DNA of 49,828 nucleotides from Rotaria socialis (Eukaryota): NCBI GenBank assembly GCA_905331295.1, contig CAJNYD010000008.1, positions 62,001 to 111,828 of the forward strand, read 5' to 3'. Shown piece by piece: positions 23,868 to 43,248 of this stretch (position 1 is its first letter; each line of letters starts with the position of its first letter). The notes under the pieces were generated by a model. It saw only the letters and a program-made list of their open reading frames with translations, ran no database searches and was not told where the DNA came from. The position numbers and the translations under genes were made by a program.

Positions 23868-24550
23868 ATGGCACTTTTATTTCGACCAACACTCATTCAA
23901 TCATTAGCAAAGACAGCACGACCCATGTGGATGTCTATGGCATCAACTGCACGTCGTAATATGTCTTCGCATAATAAAGAAACTGACGCAGAATTCGATC
24001 AACGATGGAAAGCTTATTTTGAACGACCAAATATTGATGGTATAGAAAATGATTATCTTTAATGAAAAGTTTATAGCGAATTTTCTTTTACATATGATGA
24101 GTTAAACAAATTTTATTTATCCGTTTCTAAATAGATTAAATTGTGGAACATCTTTTTGGTTAGGCAATTGAGCATAACGTGTGCTATGTTAACAGAATAG
24201 ATTCTCTTCTGACCGATATTTGTTGTGGCTAAAATCAAATTGATTGTTTTTGCTAACTTTCAGGTTGGGATATCCGTCAAGGCATCAATCATATGAATCG
24301 TCTTGATCTAATTCCTGAACCCGACATCATATCAGCTTGTCTTAAAGCATGTCGTCGTGTCAATGATCATTCATTGGCTGTTCGTTACTTGGAAGCCATT
24401 CGTTATAAATCGAATACAGTTTCAAATCAAGTATGGCCATGGATTCTTCAAGAAATTCGTCCAACTTTAAGCCAATTGGGTCTATCAACACCTGAAGAGT
24501 TAGGTTACGATAAACCAGAATTAGCTTTGAAATCGGTTGACGATATGTAG
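23868..24550 (+). CDS. COX5A: Cytochrome c oxidase subunit 5A; exons 23868-24039, 24264-24550
   Basis: Mitochondrial presequence, then ETDAEFDQRW..F..IDGWDIRQGIN..DLIPEP..ACRRVND..AVRYLE..LGLSTPEELG. Confidence 0.97.
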
Positions 24551-24748
24551 ACAGAACAAACCAAATATCAATCCATAAACTTGTTTCTTTTTTCCATCTA
24601 GCTTACGATCACTGATTGTACCTTTCTTTTTTTCCTCACAAAACAAAAAAACTAAACTAAACATCAACTGTGTCCTGTCTTAATTCTTTAATGAATAAAG
24701 TTTAGATTAAAAACAACAAAATCTTAAAGTTTTCTTTTCATTGTAGAT

Positions 24749-26170
24749 ATGCCTTTTTCATTACCAATTCAAGTTATTTCACAATGGCTGTTACTATTCC
24801 AACGAATTTTTATGTTTATTCTAACTGGGAAATCTGTGCTAGAACGAATTATAGCAAATCGTAAAATCTCGTTTCCGTTACGTGTTTATCAAATTAAAAA
24901 TTCAATTAATTTTACTTCATCAAAAAGTCTTGATTATGAAATTAACCAAATGAAAATCGATAGAAAGAAATCCTTGATTCATGATCAATTGTATACTGTC
25001 ATACATAAATTAGAATTATATCAAAAATTAATTAATCAAATAGATAAAATAAGAAAGACGCAAGTGACATCAACCGACGCAGAACATCTCGATTTATTCG
25101 AGAAGATATGGTCACGTCTTGTTACTCAATCGAATGATGATCATGAGCCAATGAGTACGATTTCAAAACGTTGGACAAAAATTGGTTTTCAAGTAGGAAG
25201 AGAACAAATCGAAAAATTGTTTTAAATTAAAAAAATATTTTTTTTCTAGGGTCCGAATCCTCTTACCGATTTTCGAGGTAAATATCTATTCGAAGAAGAT
25301 TTACTTCGATTGATCACGTGCTTAACTTTGATGTAAAAGGAAAATTGTATAGTCATTAATCAATGAGAGTCTTCACTTAATTTGTTGTTTTGATCTAACT
25401 GATAGTTGGTATTAGATTGTAAAAAGTTTATTCGCACCAATCAGCTATTGTATGCAACAATCTTTGCTTGCCTCATGCCGAAGTTTTATTACTCTAGCAG
25501 TTGGCAGTCTCCGTGAATAGGTAAAAAATAGTCTGATCGAACATAAAAGTACTTGAGAAATAAAATGTTGAACAAAGCCACAAACTTGTTTTCCTTTTAC
25601 CATGTCCACATTCAAGGATATCTTTTATTTGAGTATCCTTGAATGAAAAATAGTAAATACATATACTTCTAAGACAAAAATTTCAAACCTTCGATCTTGC
25701 CGTAGCTAGTCATGACCTCAATAGGTAAATTATTCTAGTATAATTGTTATTTCTATCATAATTTCATAGGTATGGGTGTTCTGGGTCTTCAATCTATTGA
25801 ATATTTATCTCGTGATGAGTCAACATGTTTAACCTATGTTAACATTCGGCCACCCAATGATTATTCATTTGCTATAGGCGTCATAAATGCTGTTTCGTGG
25901 CTTGTTGCTTTAGTTGAAATTGAATCGTCCAAGAATGATATTTCTCATCCATTATTAACATATTTTTCTGTTCATCCCTGTAATCTTAATGAATTTTTCC
26001 GATTATTTTCACTTGTTTTTAATGAATGGCATCAATTTTGGATTGATCAAAAAGCGGATATTATGCAATTTGAACAGTTATCAAAACGTTTTCGTGCTCA
26101 AATGCTGGTTGAATGTCAACAAGGACGACCTTTACAACAAGGATTTTCGAAACGAATCCCTAAACAATAA
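24749..26170 (+). CDS. ELMOD: ELMO/CED-12 domain protein (ELMOD-like); exons 24749-25192, 25250-25277, 25770-26170
   Basis: Spliced WTKIGFQ|GPNPLTDFRG|MGVLGL signature, plus YSFAIGVIN and FHQFW-like IMQF C-terminal motifs. Confidence 0.9.
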
Positions 26171-26672
26171 TTTATAAATGAATCATTAAAAAAGTCGTCT
26201 TGTTTCATTCATTGTCTTTGTTTTTTTTAGTAATTTCAAAATATGACAAAGAGAATTTTCTAATATCCATAAATATTTTCACAGAGAAGAAATTCAATTG
26301 TGATTCTCTATATACTTGACTCATCCTCGTATCGTTTCTCACGGAATTCTCTTGATCTATTTCTTTCGTTCAGTATTGCGCATTATTTTTTCGTGCAAGC
26401 AAAATCCATCACGCAATTACCTTCTAAGTGTTCTTTCGTTGAAATGAAAATGAGTTAAATTTACAAATTGAGTCATCGGTATGTTTTTCATTGCACAATC
26501 AGATTGTCATTTGTTTTCATTCCTCCCTGATGTTTTTTTCTTTTTCTTCTCAGTCAACTTTATCCATGAAAAAGAAATCATAGAGAGCATAGAAAAAAGG
26601 AAAACAAACGTGAACAAAATTTATTTCATAACAAACAAAATTCTTCGTACCTGCTAATCCCAAACACATTCT

Positions 26673-29238
26673 ATGTCATCATTTACTATCGAGAATATCT
26701 ATGGTATTGGATCATTTCGATTGTGTGCAGGCTTTCCATCATCTATTAAATCAACTGAAAATTTAAATTCTCACATTTACGAATCACCATTAAATGGATG
26801 TATACAAATTTATAATTATTCAACAAATGAACGTTCTCATTTTGAACATGTTTACGATGATATTACTGTTGTTATGCTTTACAATGAATATACCGATCGA
26901 ATTTTAACATGTTCATACTCAGGTAAATTAATTATCTGGTCAAGTAATTATCAAAAACGTTTTGTTGAACAACAAACTCGAATAAATCACATCCATTACG
27001 GCTGTTGGACACGTGATGGTACAACGATTTATCTTTGTTCTCGATTCGATGGTAAATTATTTTATTTAGGTAATTAAAAAAATAATTTTTTTTAAATTTA
27101 GGTACACTTTTATCCCTGTCTTATGATTCTAAACATCACTCAGTAACGGAAAATTGGCTTCGACATTGGGCAACAACAAAAGCTGATTTAGAAAAAGTGC
27201 ATCCAATTATAGAAGATTCTCCGTCGTCATTAAATATAGCGGAGAAAATTGAAACATCAAATACGTACGTTGCTGGTTCGATTGGTTATGAATTTGTTAC
27301 ATGTACAGCTGTGCGTCGTCATTTATTTGCTGTACTCCAACGACCACAAGAACATGTTCGTGTACATGAACTCAATTTTCGTAATGGCCATCTGATTAAC
27401 GATCTGAAATTAGAAAAAGCTAAAGCAAGTCAAACATTTCTATGCGGTACAACAACTACACTTCTTGATAAAAACACTGGAAAAGAATTTTTCGCTATTG
27501 GACTTCAATCGGGTTTAATTTTTATTATTGATACAAATCCATTACGAGTTCATACTATCATAAATGGTAAATATGGCTTTTCTTGAAGTACACATTTGAA
27601 AATGAAACAAAAGTATTTAGAAAACTAAGCAATAAAACAAAATGAATTTCATGTTTACTTGTTCGACTGATTTTCCGAGTTACAGCTTGACCTATAAGCA
27701 ATTCTTGGCATATCCTGAGAGTTTCGGATAAAAAAAAAGAAACTTAATTTATTGAGGTATTAAATTTCTAACAAATAGACTTTTTGAATGTGAATTGAAT
27801 TTACTTAGAAATTCAATATCTCGACAAATAAACCTTCTTTTCTAGCGCTATTACGTATTATATATAAGTAAACTGGTAATGCTTCAGTTCTGGATACCCG
27901 TGAGTTAAACAGGAAATCAAGTAGTTTGCTTAATACTTCGAGTACGAAAGTAAAATGATGGTTAATGTAGAATTCAGGTAAGATTTTTTACATCAACTTT
28001 TTCACAGTTCACAAAAGAATTTATTGTTGACATTTGAATTTTTTCACTATTAAATAGCTTCTGGATCCCCACAAGCGATTATCTGGTGGCATTCCTATTT
28101 GTTAACAGTTGGTTATATATCGTCGATTGTAAATGTCTACTCATTAGACGGTGCACTTTTGGCTTCTGGCGAAGGTGCGCCAACAACTGCTGTTTGTCAT
28201 TTACAATGGAATTCTGATGAACAAGATTTACTATGGATTGGTGGTTATATGGGTTTGACACTTGTACATATGGAATTATGTTTTAGTCGCCCACCTTCAC
28301 CAATTGACAAAGTTATATTTACAATATTAAACACAATCGTCGACGAAACATCATCGTCCGTTAGTTTAACAACAATACTAAGTAGATCGTTACATGAAAC
28401 AGCTGGCTGCGGTTTATATATGGACAAAGATGAAATATTGTCAGGTGATCTTTCGGGAAACATTTTTCGATGGGCAATAAATAATGATACGAAACCCAAA
28501 GGACATATTGTTATACCTGATAGTGTTCGATGTTTTGTATCGAACAATTTGGTTGGCACATTATCCGGCGTATTATATCAAATCGATACGCAGGAAGTTA
28601 TTGAAGATTTTGCAGTGTCAATCATTTGTTCGGCATGGAATAAAAGGAAAACATCTTGTTTGATTGGTCTGGGTGATGGAAAATTGATAGATTTACATAC
28701 AAAAAGAATCATTGGTTTACATGAAAATAATGCCGAAATATGGAGTGTTTGTTTGAGTCCCAATGAAGAACTATGTGCGACGGCTTCGGAAGATCAAACA
28801 ACATGCATATGGAAAGTTGATGGTGAACAAAATCTAATCGCCACTCTTACAGGACACACAACAGCAGTAACAGCTGTCGATTGGAAACATGAACGAATTT
28901 ATACATGTGCTGATGATCGATCCGTACGAATTTATAGCACTCAATCAAATGCATACAATTGTCTTTACGTATTGAATACGCCGAAATCTCTGTTCGGCTG
29001 GTTTACATTGACATATTTACGAGTCGATGAAGATCAAAAATTAATAATTTGTACAACACAAAATGGCTATTTAGTTATATGGCGTGATGACGAAACGAAT
29101 GTTAATGGAATACCAATTTTATGTAAAAAAATTCATTTCGGAAGTTTAGAAGGTTTAGCGTATGATAAAGACACTCATCGTGTAGTAACGATCAGCAGTG
29201 ATTGTACAGTGACTTCACTTCGTTTACATACGGACTGA
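26673..29238 (+). CDS. WD40-repeat protein; exons ~26673-27051, 27102-27565, 28058-29238
   Basis: EIWSVCLSP..ATASEDQTTCIW and LTGHTTAVTAVDW..TCADDRSVRIY repeats. The three ORFs join by GT-AG introns. Confidence 0.85.
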
Positions 29239-29342
29239 TGTCTATTTTTTTTCGCTTTCATTTAAAGATCATACTTTTCTTTTTTTTTCTGTTTATCTTT
29301 TGACCTTATTTCAGATAATAGGAAGAGAAAAGTAAAATAAAT

Positions 29343-32300
29343 ATGTCCACACGAAAAACGTCGGACCGTGAAAAAAATGAAAAAATACGTCAATTGCGTG
29401 AAGTAACGGGCGTTACTGAACAACAAGCACGATCAGCACTACAATCGAATGATTGGGCTGTTGATCGTGCTATCAATGCATTCTATGAAGAATCAGCTTA
29501 TTCTTCGAATACTGGTAGTTCGCATCATTCATCCCATCATAGCCAAACGTCGTCATCATCATCGTCGTCTTCATCATTATCGAGATTTGATCGAAAAAAA
29601 ATCGAACAACTATGGCCAACTTATGCCGATCCACGTGATACAAGTAAAATGAATTTAGATCAATTATTACGATTTATCAGTGACCTAAAATTCGATCCAA
29701 GTGACCGAGAAATTCTAATTTTTTGTTGGAAAATGAATGCTTCTAAACAAGGAGAATTACAGCGCAATGAATTTCTACACGGCTGCCAAGATTTGCAATG
29801 TGATACACTAGATAAATTACGTGAAAAAATTAAACAACTTAATAGCGAAGTCGAAACTGATAATGAAAAATTCAAACAATTGTATATCTACACATTTAAT
29901 TTTGCACGTTCATCAACATCTATGAAAAATCTTGACGTACAGCCTGGTATGTAAATTTCACTAGATCATGCCGATAGAACTTAATTCAGATGTGGGCACA
30001 GGTAGAAGCTATAGTAGCAGTTGCAAGAATAACGACATCTCTAGAAAACTAACAAGAAGTACATGTAAAATATTGACTGCACTTGCAGAAATAGCTTGTT
30101 TTTTTCTTGAAGAGAGACTAGCAGAAATCTATCGTTCACCTAGTACCTTTGAGAGAGCTAATAATGAAATTTCAACCTAAGACAATGAATTCTTTCACAT
30201 TTCTATTGATGTTGACTTGTTGACGACATATCATTTTGATTGACAAGTTAGACTTGGAAATATATGTTCGTTGATTTTTTAATTGTACACAGGAAATCAG
30301 CAAGTAGACTTAACAAGAATAGTTTTTATACCATATCCCATACCAATGGATATGGGTGATGTAAAGCCAACGCTTTTATTTTTACTTCATATCACGATAA
30401 GAATAGTGAACTAGATAAAACAATATTTGAAATTGATTTCATGTTTCTATATTTTCAAGAAAAAATATTTCTATTGCATACAGAAAAAACTTATCCGAAA
30501 AATGTTCTTTTAATCGTAGAAAACTCGACGAGTCGCGGATTGAAAAAGATTATGCTCTTCTAATCTTTATTATATCGTTTCAACGAACGAAAAAAAAAAT
30601 CCGACTTAAAAGGCGAAGCGTACTGATTTTCATTGTACTAGATAAGAAAACAATAAAATTTTCTCGGCTATCATGTCTGGTGTGCTTACACTCTACAAGA
30701 ATCTTTTAAAATCCATGAAAAAAAACAAATTTTATTTGTGTTTCACAAAATACACTTGAGACTTGAATTTTTTTATCATTCAACTAAATAACTCTATTCG
30801 TGTCAGGCATTCTGTAGATTCCTAATGCGATACATCAAATGAGTATCATCTGATATAATTTAAAGTCATTTGTAGTTTGCTAGCTTTTAAAATAGGATTC
30901 GATATTATTCTATTATAGATTTGTTTCGACCTTAATATTGACGTATTATTTATATATATTAAAGACATGAAATATTCTTAGTTTTGAAAATATCGCTCGA
31001 GAAATTAATACTATGCTTTCTTATGATGAACCAAAAGCATTCTCACATGGATAAGTTCAATTATAATGGATCGTGAGCAACCGACAGGATGATCTTTTTT
31101 TATAGAAGAAATAAGTTAAGTCAAACAGAATGAAAAATTCTGTGTCAATTGAGTTTTCTACTTCTAAGCCGTTTTAGCTTTGATCAATCAGAAATAAAAC
31201 AATATTTTCTACTTGGCCTAGAAAGATTTACATTCAATCGCGTACCTATCTTGAAATTTATCAAACGATGGAATATAGCTAGTAGAATGTCTCTTATCTC
31301 TGAAAAAAATATGTTTTTCAATTGAGTTCAAAAGAGCCGCGAGTGGACATTAAAGAGAAAAATATCTCGATGTACTTCTAATCATTTTTTAGTAGATCTT
31401 TGTTAATTTTCAATGAAATTCTCTTCAACATTTTTTTTTCTGATGTGGATGATTTTCTTGAAATTGTCTATCTTATCTAAAAATTATATTCTATGACTTC
31501 AGGAAAATCATTATGATTGCAATTTACATGTAAAATAGTGTATCACCGCAGTCTATCCTATTTGTCGCAGATCTAAAAGTGAAAATTTCGTGTGGGAACA
31601 TGATCTCTCGTTGTCGAAGAGAGTAGCTAATTAGTATTGAAGAATTTCGTTGGGAATATTATTGTCTGACTTTACTTGACTGAAATATGTAAATTTTACA
31701 CATGACCGACTCAAATCTACAGACCGTGGACTCATAAAATCTCATTTCAGTAAATAAATTGCTTCCTTGCTGTAATTCTGAGGGGTTAAACAAAACGACG
31801 ACGCAGTAAGTTATCTCGTCAATAGCTCGAACAAGTCAATCTTATTTTGGCCAGCAACCTCTGCTATATACAGTTTAATAATTTAAGCCGGCTGAGATTA
31901 CACTATTAGCTTTTTCATCGCTATTAATAGAAGGGTTTAATTTTAACAGATTAAGCAGTAGTTCATTCATGCATATTTATAGCCATACGTAGATTTTTAT
32001 ATTACTATGGACTTTGTATTTTGATTCGAGCAACTAAACTGAGATATTATTCTAAGTGACTGGCTGTTGATCTTTTTAATGTACGCACGCATTCCATTCA
32101 TTACGATTGAGAAAATGTTTAGCTTTTCTGCGACTCTAGTCATAATAAAAAAGCTGAGGAATTTTTATAATGTTCAGCTGTATAACTCTTGATTAATTGT
32201 GTGTGAGAATGTCTGTCGAAAAATGATTGCTCAAAGTACAATTTGCGTAATGTTGACATGTAAAGGTTTTCGTAAAATACTTCAAGTATACAATCGTTCA

Positions 32301-33199
32301 CATCAGTTAGATTTTAAGCAACGCTGAAAAATGAACGTTCTAACTTAACTTTTTCTAATTTAAAATATTCAAAACAAATTTCGTTTCCTTGTTTTAATAG
32401 GTTCAAATTTCTATATATTAAGTGTCTTGCACAAATCTGAAGATTGTTTATTGAATAGAAACGCTTATCTTGGAAAGTTATTCCAAAACGGAAATTGATT
32501 ATATTTCTTTTATAAATTAGATTATGTTTGCATGACTTAATGTTTTTAATTAGATCTATAGAAGTTCATAATAGAAATTGTATTGAATCGTTTGACCCTT
32601 TACAATTCAATGAGTTTGATTAAAAATTAGTTTAACATTATTCTATGAAGTCATTTCTATCATTAAGAAGATAAAAATAGAGATTCAATTAATAATGATT
32701 CAGAAATTAAGATAATCAAGTTCTCAGAGTTTTTTTTTGCTCCTATGTTCGTCAAAAAAGAACGCACTAAATGCGTCTTTGAAAAAAAAGAAAAAATCAA
32801 TCCACTTTGAAACATACTGATTTATAATCATATAATAAGGACACAACTGTATTGCACTGTTTAGCTATGGCATATTGGAAAATGTTATTTTGTGGAAATC
32901 CTAATAATAAGCAATTTCAAAGATTTAAGCTACTTGATTTATGGCTTAAATTTCTTGAAGAACGTTCTAACCAACGATCGATTACAAAAGATACGTGGGA
33001 TTTATTACTTGATTTTTCAACAACAATTAAATCGGATTTTTCTAATTATGATCACGATGGTGCTTGGCCAACGTATGTCATCAATTAGAAATCGTTATTT
33101 TTATTGTCTAATTTTAATCTTCCAAATTTTAGGTTAATCGATGATTTCGTCGAATATGTTAAAACATCACAAAGTCAATCGTCTTCTGTCAATGTTTAA
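29343..33199 (+). CDS. DCN1: DCN1-like NEDD8 co-E3 (UBA-like + PONY); exons 29343-29946, 32865-33072, 33133-33199
   Basis: UBA-like LQSNDWAVDRAINAFY, FKQLYIYTFNFA, ITKDTWDLLLDF and SNYDHDGAWPTLIDDFVEY. Confidence 0.93.
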
Positions 33200-35227
33200 T
33201 TTTCTACTTTAAAAATAAAGAAAATAAACCAGTGATTTCAATAAAGACATAATCATGCAAAGTTTCGTCATTGATTCTTTGTTAATTAGCACTTCTTCTT
33301 TTTTTTTCTCTTCTGAAAAATTCATATATTGACTGAAACCTTTTTTTTTCGATGGTTCATATGTCTGTGTGTCTGTGTGTGAATTTTTTTATAACAAGAT
33401 GCAAAACAAAATATAGGACATTAAGGTCTCTTGTATTTCGATTACTTTTACAGTTACTATATTTTAGATATCGGTTTTCCATGCTTGGTTACTCATGTGG
33501 AAGTTTTATCTAAACTCATTTACACTTATCAAAAAAAAAGGAAATTGCTTTCCGGGATATCGTATGTTGTTAAAATAATTACTCTATGTATATATATTTG
33601 ATAGCTTTGCTGGTATAATTAGGAAAGTTTACCCTGGGTGCTCTTTATAATTTTACCTTTCATGATAACATACGTTTTTTAATCTGGTCCCCTAACTCTC
33701 CCGTGCATGTTCCTGTTTACAGTGTCATTGATGCTTATGATTGTTCTTCGCATAAGTGGACTGGCTAATTTTTATTGTATTTTCGTCTACAACATGACAG
33801 CTAGTCACGAGAAAAGCAAAAATGAAGCAAAACGAGAAAATGATGATCGCCGATGAATTCGCCATTTTTTAACTGATTTTGTTATTGACCGACATTAGAC
33901 GCAATTCATTTGTAGATATGAGAGAGATAAAGAGAGCGAGAGAGAAAAGAAAGGATAAAAATCAATGGATGTTATAGTATATTTAGAATATTCTGCAGTC
34001 ACACACATACACAACTATTCATTTCCGAATCGCTTGTGAAATTCGTCGAATGTTATTGATTGATCACCGTCGATATCGAAGAAATTAAAAAGATGTCGAT
34101 CACTAAGACTTGATTGTCTTTCGGTTAATGCACGCCCGAAACGTGGTCGGCCAATGATGGAATAATATTCATGTATCTTGAAAAAGAAATTTAATAAGTT
34201 TACTACATAAAAAAAAACCCTGGAAAACTAAAGACATACGAGTTGTAGATACTGTTTGAGCTCTTCGCGAGAACTAAATTTATCTGGCCGTGTTGGTGGA
34301 GCTATGTAATAGAGAATTTAAAATCAAGCACTATTCTCTAGTGTAAATTTTACTTACGAGGAACATCAGAAAATGTAGTAAGTGTATGAGCCATTTGAAT
34401 AGAAATAAAAATAAATATAATCCATGACATGCGATTCCCTATGTTATGTTTGGTTAACAATTCCATCATGGTTATGATTTTTTAACTTGTTGAATATAAG
34501 CAATGGAATTTATGTGTTAATATGATTTATAAGGATAAATAGTTTTTGTCTATCCACGTCAGAAACCGAAAGAAAATGAATAGGAATATAATAGCGTTTC
34601 TTCTAGATGAGAGAGTAAAAAAAAAGTAGAGGTGTATTAATTTCTGATTGTTTAGGTGAGAGAAAAAAAGAAAATGACCATTTTTCATGCATACTTAAGT
34701 TATCATTTCTGAAGGACTTTTCAATTTTTTTCTTTATTTTTCTTCACGTGCTTAATGATGATTATGTGTGACCTTTAAAGTAATTATATTTAACCTAAAA
34801 ACATCAACTATAGTTAATCACACATTCTGTAGGCGTTCAGATAGAATAATATTTATTTATTTATTTATTTGATTTCTTGCAAACCTCTGCGGTTTTATTA
34901 ATATATTTTAATTTTTCCGGGCATAATTAAACTCGCAGGAGAAATGTTATTTCTAACTATGTTAATAATTAAAGAACATAGTGAGTTAAGATCAATATTT
35001 TACTCCTTTCAATATCGTTTTGACAGATAGACTATGTAATTTTTATACACTCAAGCAATAACACGAAAAGTTATATCCATAAATTATAAAGGAAAATGCA
35101 TATCTATGATAATCTAACTGAACTGTATGGGTCATACAATAAGTCCATGAAAATCTTCCAAATCTAGGTCATTATGAAAACTTTCAAAGAGTTATTCTTC
35201 AGTTTCAGATTATCCCAATAGCTAATA

Positions 35228-40252
<5,025 letters not shown>

Positions 40253-40825
40253 TTTTACACGGAGAATGATCTCAAATATATTTTTTTTATTATCTTTGGA
40301 GTCGTCTTTTGTTTATTGTAAAGATAATCGAGCGTGTAGTACAGTTTTATCCTAGTATAATTTATCTTCTACCAATACCCAGTGCATGATCTCATCAAAT
40401 TATTTAACGTAAATAAAATAAATACTCGAAAGAAACAAATGTGTTTAGAATATCTTATCATCCCATGAAAGGTATTGGACTGAAGGCTGATAATTCGTTG
40501 TAGCGAAATACTAACTATTGAGTAGACCTAATTTCTCAACACGAGATTAATTATATCTAGTCTATATATTTTTGTTACGTAAGATGCTATTGAATTAATC
40601 ATCATGAAGACAGAAAACGAATGCTATATGATAAACAGAGTTATGTTGCCTTGAGCACTTTTTCATCAATTCGAAAGTATCAGTATAATAATTGTACAGA
40701 AGCAGTCTTCTGTTCACCGATTCTAACTGCATTCTGTCAGCCATCCAATAGGCACCATAGACCGAAACGAACCAAAAAACATCCGACTGGACTCGACTCG
40801 ACTCGGTTTCGATCTATGATTCTCT

Positions 40826-41467
40826 CCTGCAACAGTTTTCTATCAGCCAATAAAGAGCAACATGCAGCTATGCAATTCGTTCAATATGCGATGGAGAAAA
40901 GCACAGGTGTAATGTGTCATTTTTAACATTACAATCGATTCTAGTAAAATATCAACTTCGAATAATCCGTTTGCCATAATCAATAGTAACACTAGTATTT
41001 CAACAGAAAACGAAATTCTCTTCACTATGCATACGATTTTTCGTGTCAGCGAAATTAAGCAGATGGTCAACAATAGTCGTCTCTGGGAAGTTGAATTACC
41101 TATCAGCGGTGAACAGGATTAACAACTTGACTCTGTCACTCGCCGCAGGAAAGAGAAGATCCATGGCGATGGTTCGTATCGAATGGGAAATCTATTCCTT
41201 GAATTGAGTAGCTTTAATCAAGTCGAAGTAATTTACAATGAATTATTGACGAGTATTTCAAATAATAATGATAAAGCTGAAGTATATTATCAGATAGGAT
41301 TAGTTAAGTACGGCCAATGTGATTACAAAGAGGCAGCTTTATTTTACGAAAAGTCGCTCGAAATCAAACAAAAGACTGTTTCAGAAGATGATCCTTCATT
41401 GACTATAAATCATCAACATTTCTTGGCCTATAAAGAAACATTTAATAAGATTAAAGCAAATATTTGA
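40826..41467 (+). pseudogene. ADP-ribosyltransferase (exoenzyme-type) + TPR family fragment
   Basis: NSFLS.., PFAII..ENEILFTMHTIFRV..LWEVEL, then TPR-like YYQIGLVKYGQCDYKEAALFYEKSLEI. It has a frameshift near 40920 and an internal stop, and the 5' part is missing. Confidence 0.8.
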
Positions 41468-43248
41468 ACTGTTTTTCTCTCTAGTTTGCTCAATAAAACC
41501 GCTTTCATATTGCTAGTTACTAGTTCGGCTTCTTTTTCGCACTCTTGAATTGCATATGATGATTTTGGGATCGATGTAGATATAGATATAACAAGCAAAT
41601 GTTGCCTTCTGCCCATATGAAAATTACAAGTTCAACATAGTAGTTGTTCTTTCATTTATCCGTGATGTATTATTTGATATTTATTGTTCATTGAGCAGTC
41701 TTTGTTTTTATTCTCTTATGAATAGATGAGCTGACTCATTGAACTAAGAAAATCACTTTTCAATTAATGGTACTCTATGATTAGGTTGTTACATGATCAC
41801 GCAGAACAATGTTACATGTAGTACGTTATTTATTCTGGTATAATTTTGTTTTCTTTCAGCTATTTTACTATATGATGTCATAACATTTTTCATTGATTGT
41901 TCTCTTTATTAATAATTCGATAGCTGTATCGTTGAGACAACATTCATTTTAGTAGCAATATACTTATTTCTTTTTTTTTATTACATTGAATGTTTTTTCC
42001 CTCTTTATCATCATCCAAATACAAAATACTTTGCTTGGATAAACTCATTCTCTGGCAATCCATTGGGTGAAAAGTCATTAAACTCAGAAACTGGCTTTTT
42101 AGCTATAGAACTATGGCCATATTAAGGAAGATACTAGCAGATCTTCTTTAATTTTTAAAGAAAGGAAACTAATACAAAACTAACTACTCTAATTCGATAA
42201 AGTCTCATTTGTAAAGGCTCCATCATAATTTTTATTTCAATGTTTAAAACTTTCGCGCAAGGAAATACGCAGATATCAAACGAATACTCATACTAGATAT
42301 AAAGATTAACATCTAATCAATGATATTAAAAAAAAGAGATAATGCAGGATGCTCAAAATTAGAAAATTTGTAAATGAACCAAGGGGAGAAGCTGAAATTT
42401 TGATTGCGCAAGGATTGACCAATGATTGTCAATCATTGCTTTGATTGCAATCAGTTCTCCCTTTGGTCGAATCCGTGTTTTTCTGAACCCTGAAAGGTTC
42501 TTCCGCCTGACACACGGGAAGATCCTTTACAGAATCGGTAGAATACCTACTTTTTCAGAGTGTACCTTTCAAACACCATGTAATAAACACACATCGAAAT
42601 TCCAACGAAATAAAAAAGTTTAAGAATACACTTTCACAGCAGACTCTCATATGCACTACATCTTACTCTTTCTCTTTCAGATGATAGAACAATTAGTAAC
42701 TACTGCTGCAGCCAACACATACGACAATCGTTTGTTCACCAATGTCTTGTGGATGTTCTTCTTGAAAATTCACAATAGATAAGTCATCTGAAGAGCTCCT
42801 TAGCAGAGACGAAACTGGCCGTGACAGCTTCTTCACACCCACACCTCTGCCAAAAAACGAAACAGAATCGATGAGCCTTTTTACAACATACGAATGGAGT
42901 TTCTTCATTGAATCCTTGTAGGTTCTTGTGTAGATTGCTAATTGCGTCAACAGAATGATATCAAGATAGCTACTGCTAACGCTCTTATATGTATACTTAA
43001 CAAAAAAAACTAAAATAGTATATAATAGTATCTGTTCATATATATTCTCGATGTATTTTATTATTATAAATTGATTTAGAAAAAAACAAGCATGATTTCA
43101 CTCAAAAAGGAATATCAACAGTAACATTCAATTGATTTTCTAAGAACATTCATAAAAAATTGGACTAGAAAAATTCTTGTTTAAATTGATTTTCAGTATA
43201 ATGTGAAGTTGATATTGAACAATAATGAATAAATACCTATATAGAAAC

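Noticed and set aside
29947..32864. 2.9-kb DCN1 intron as host of a nested gene or RNA
   Set aside because: No convincing ORF, TIR pair or RNA motif seen by eye.
41980..42990. Exon-like pieces and ORFs between ART-TPR and HECT
   Set aside because: Multiple stops and no family recognised.
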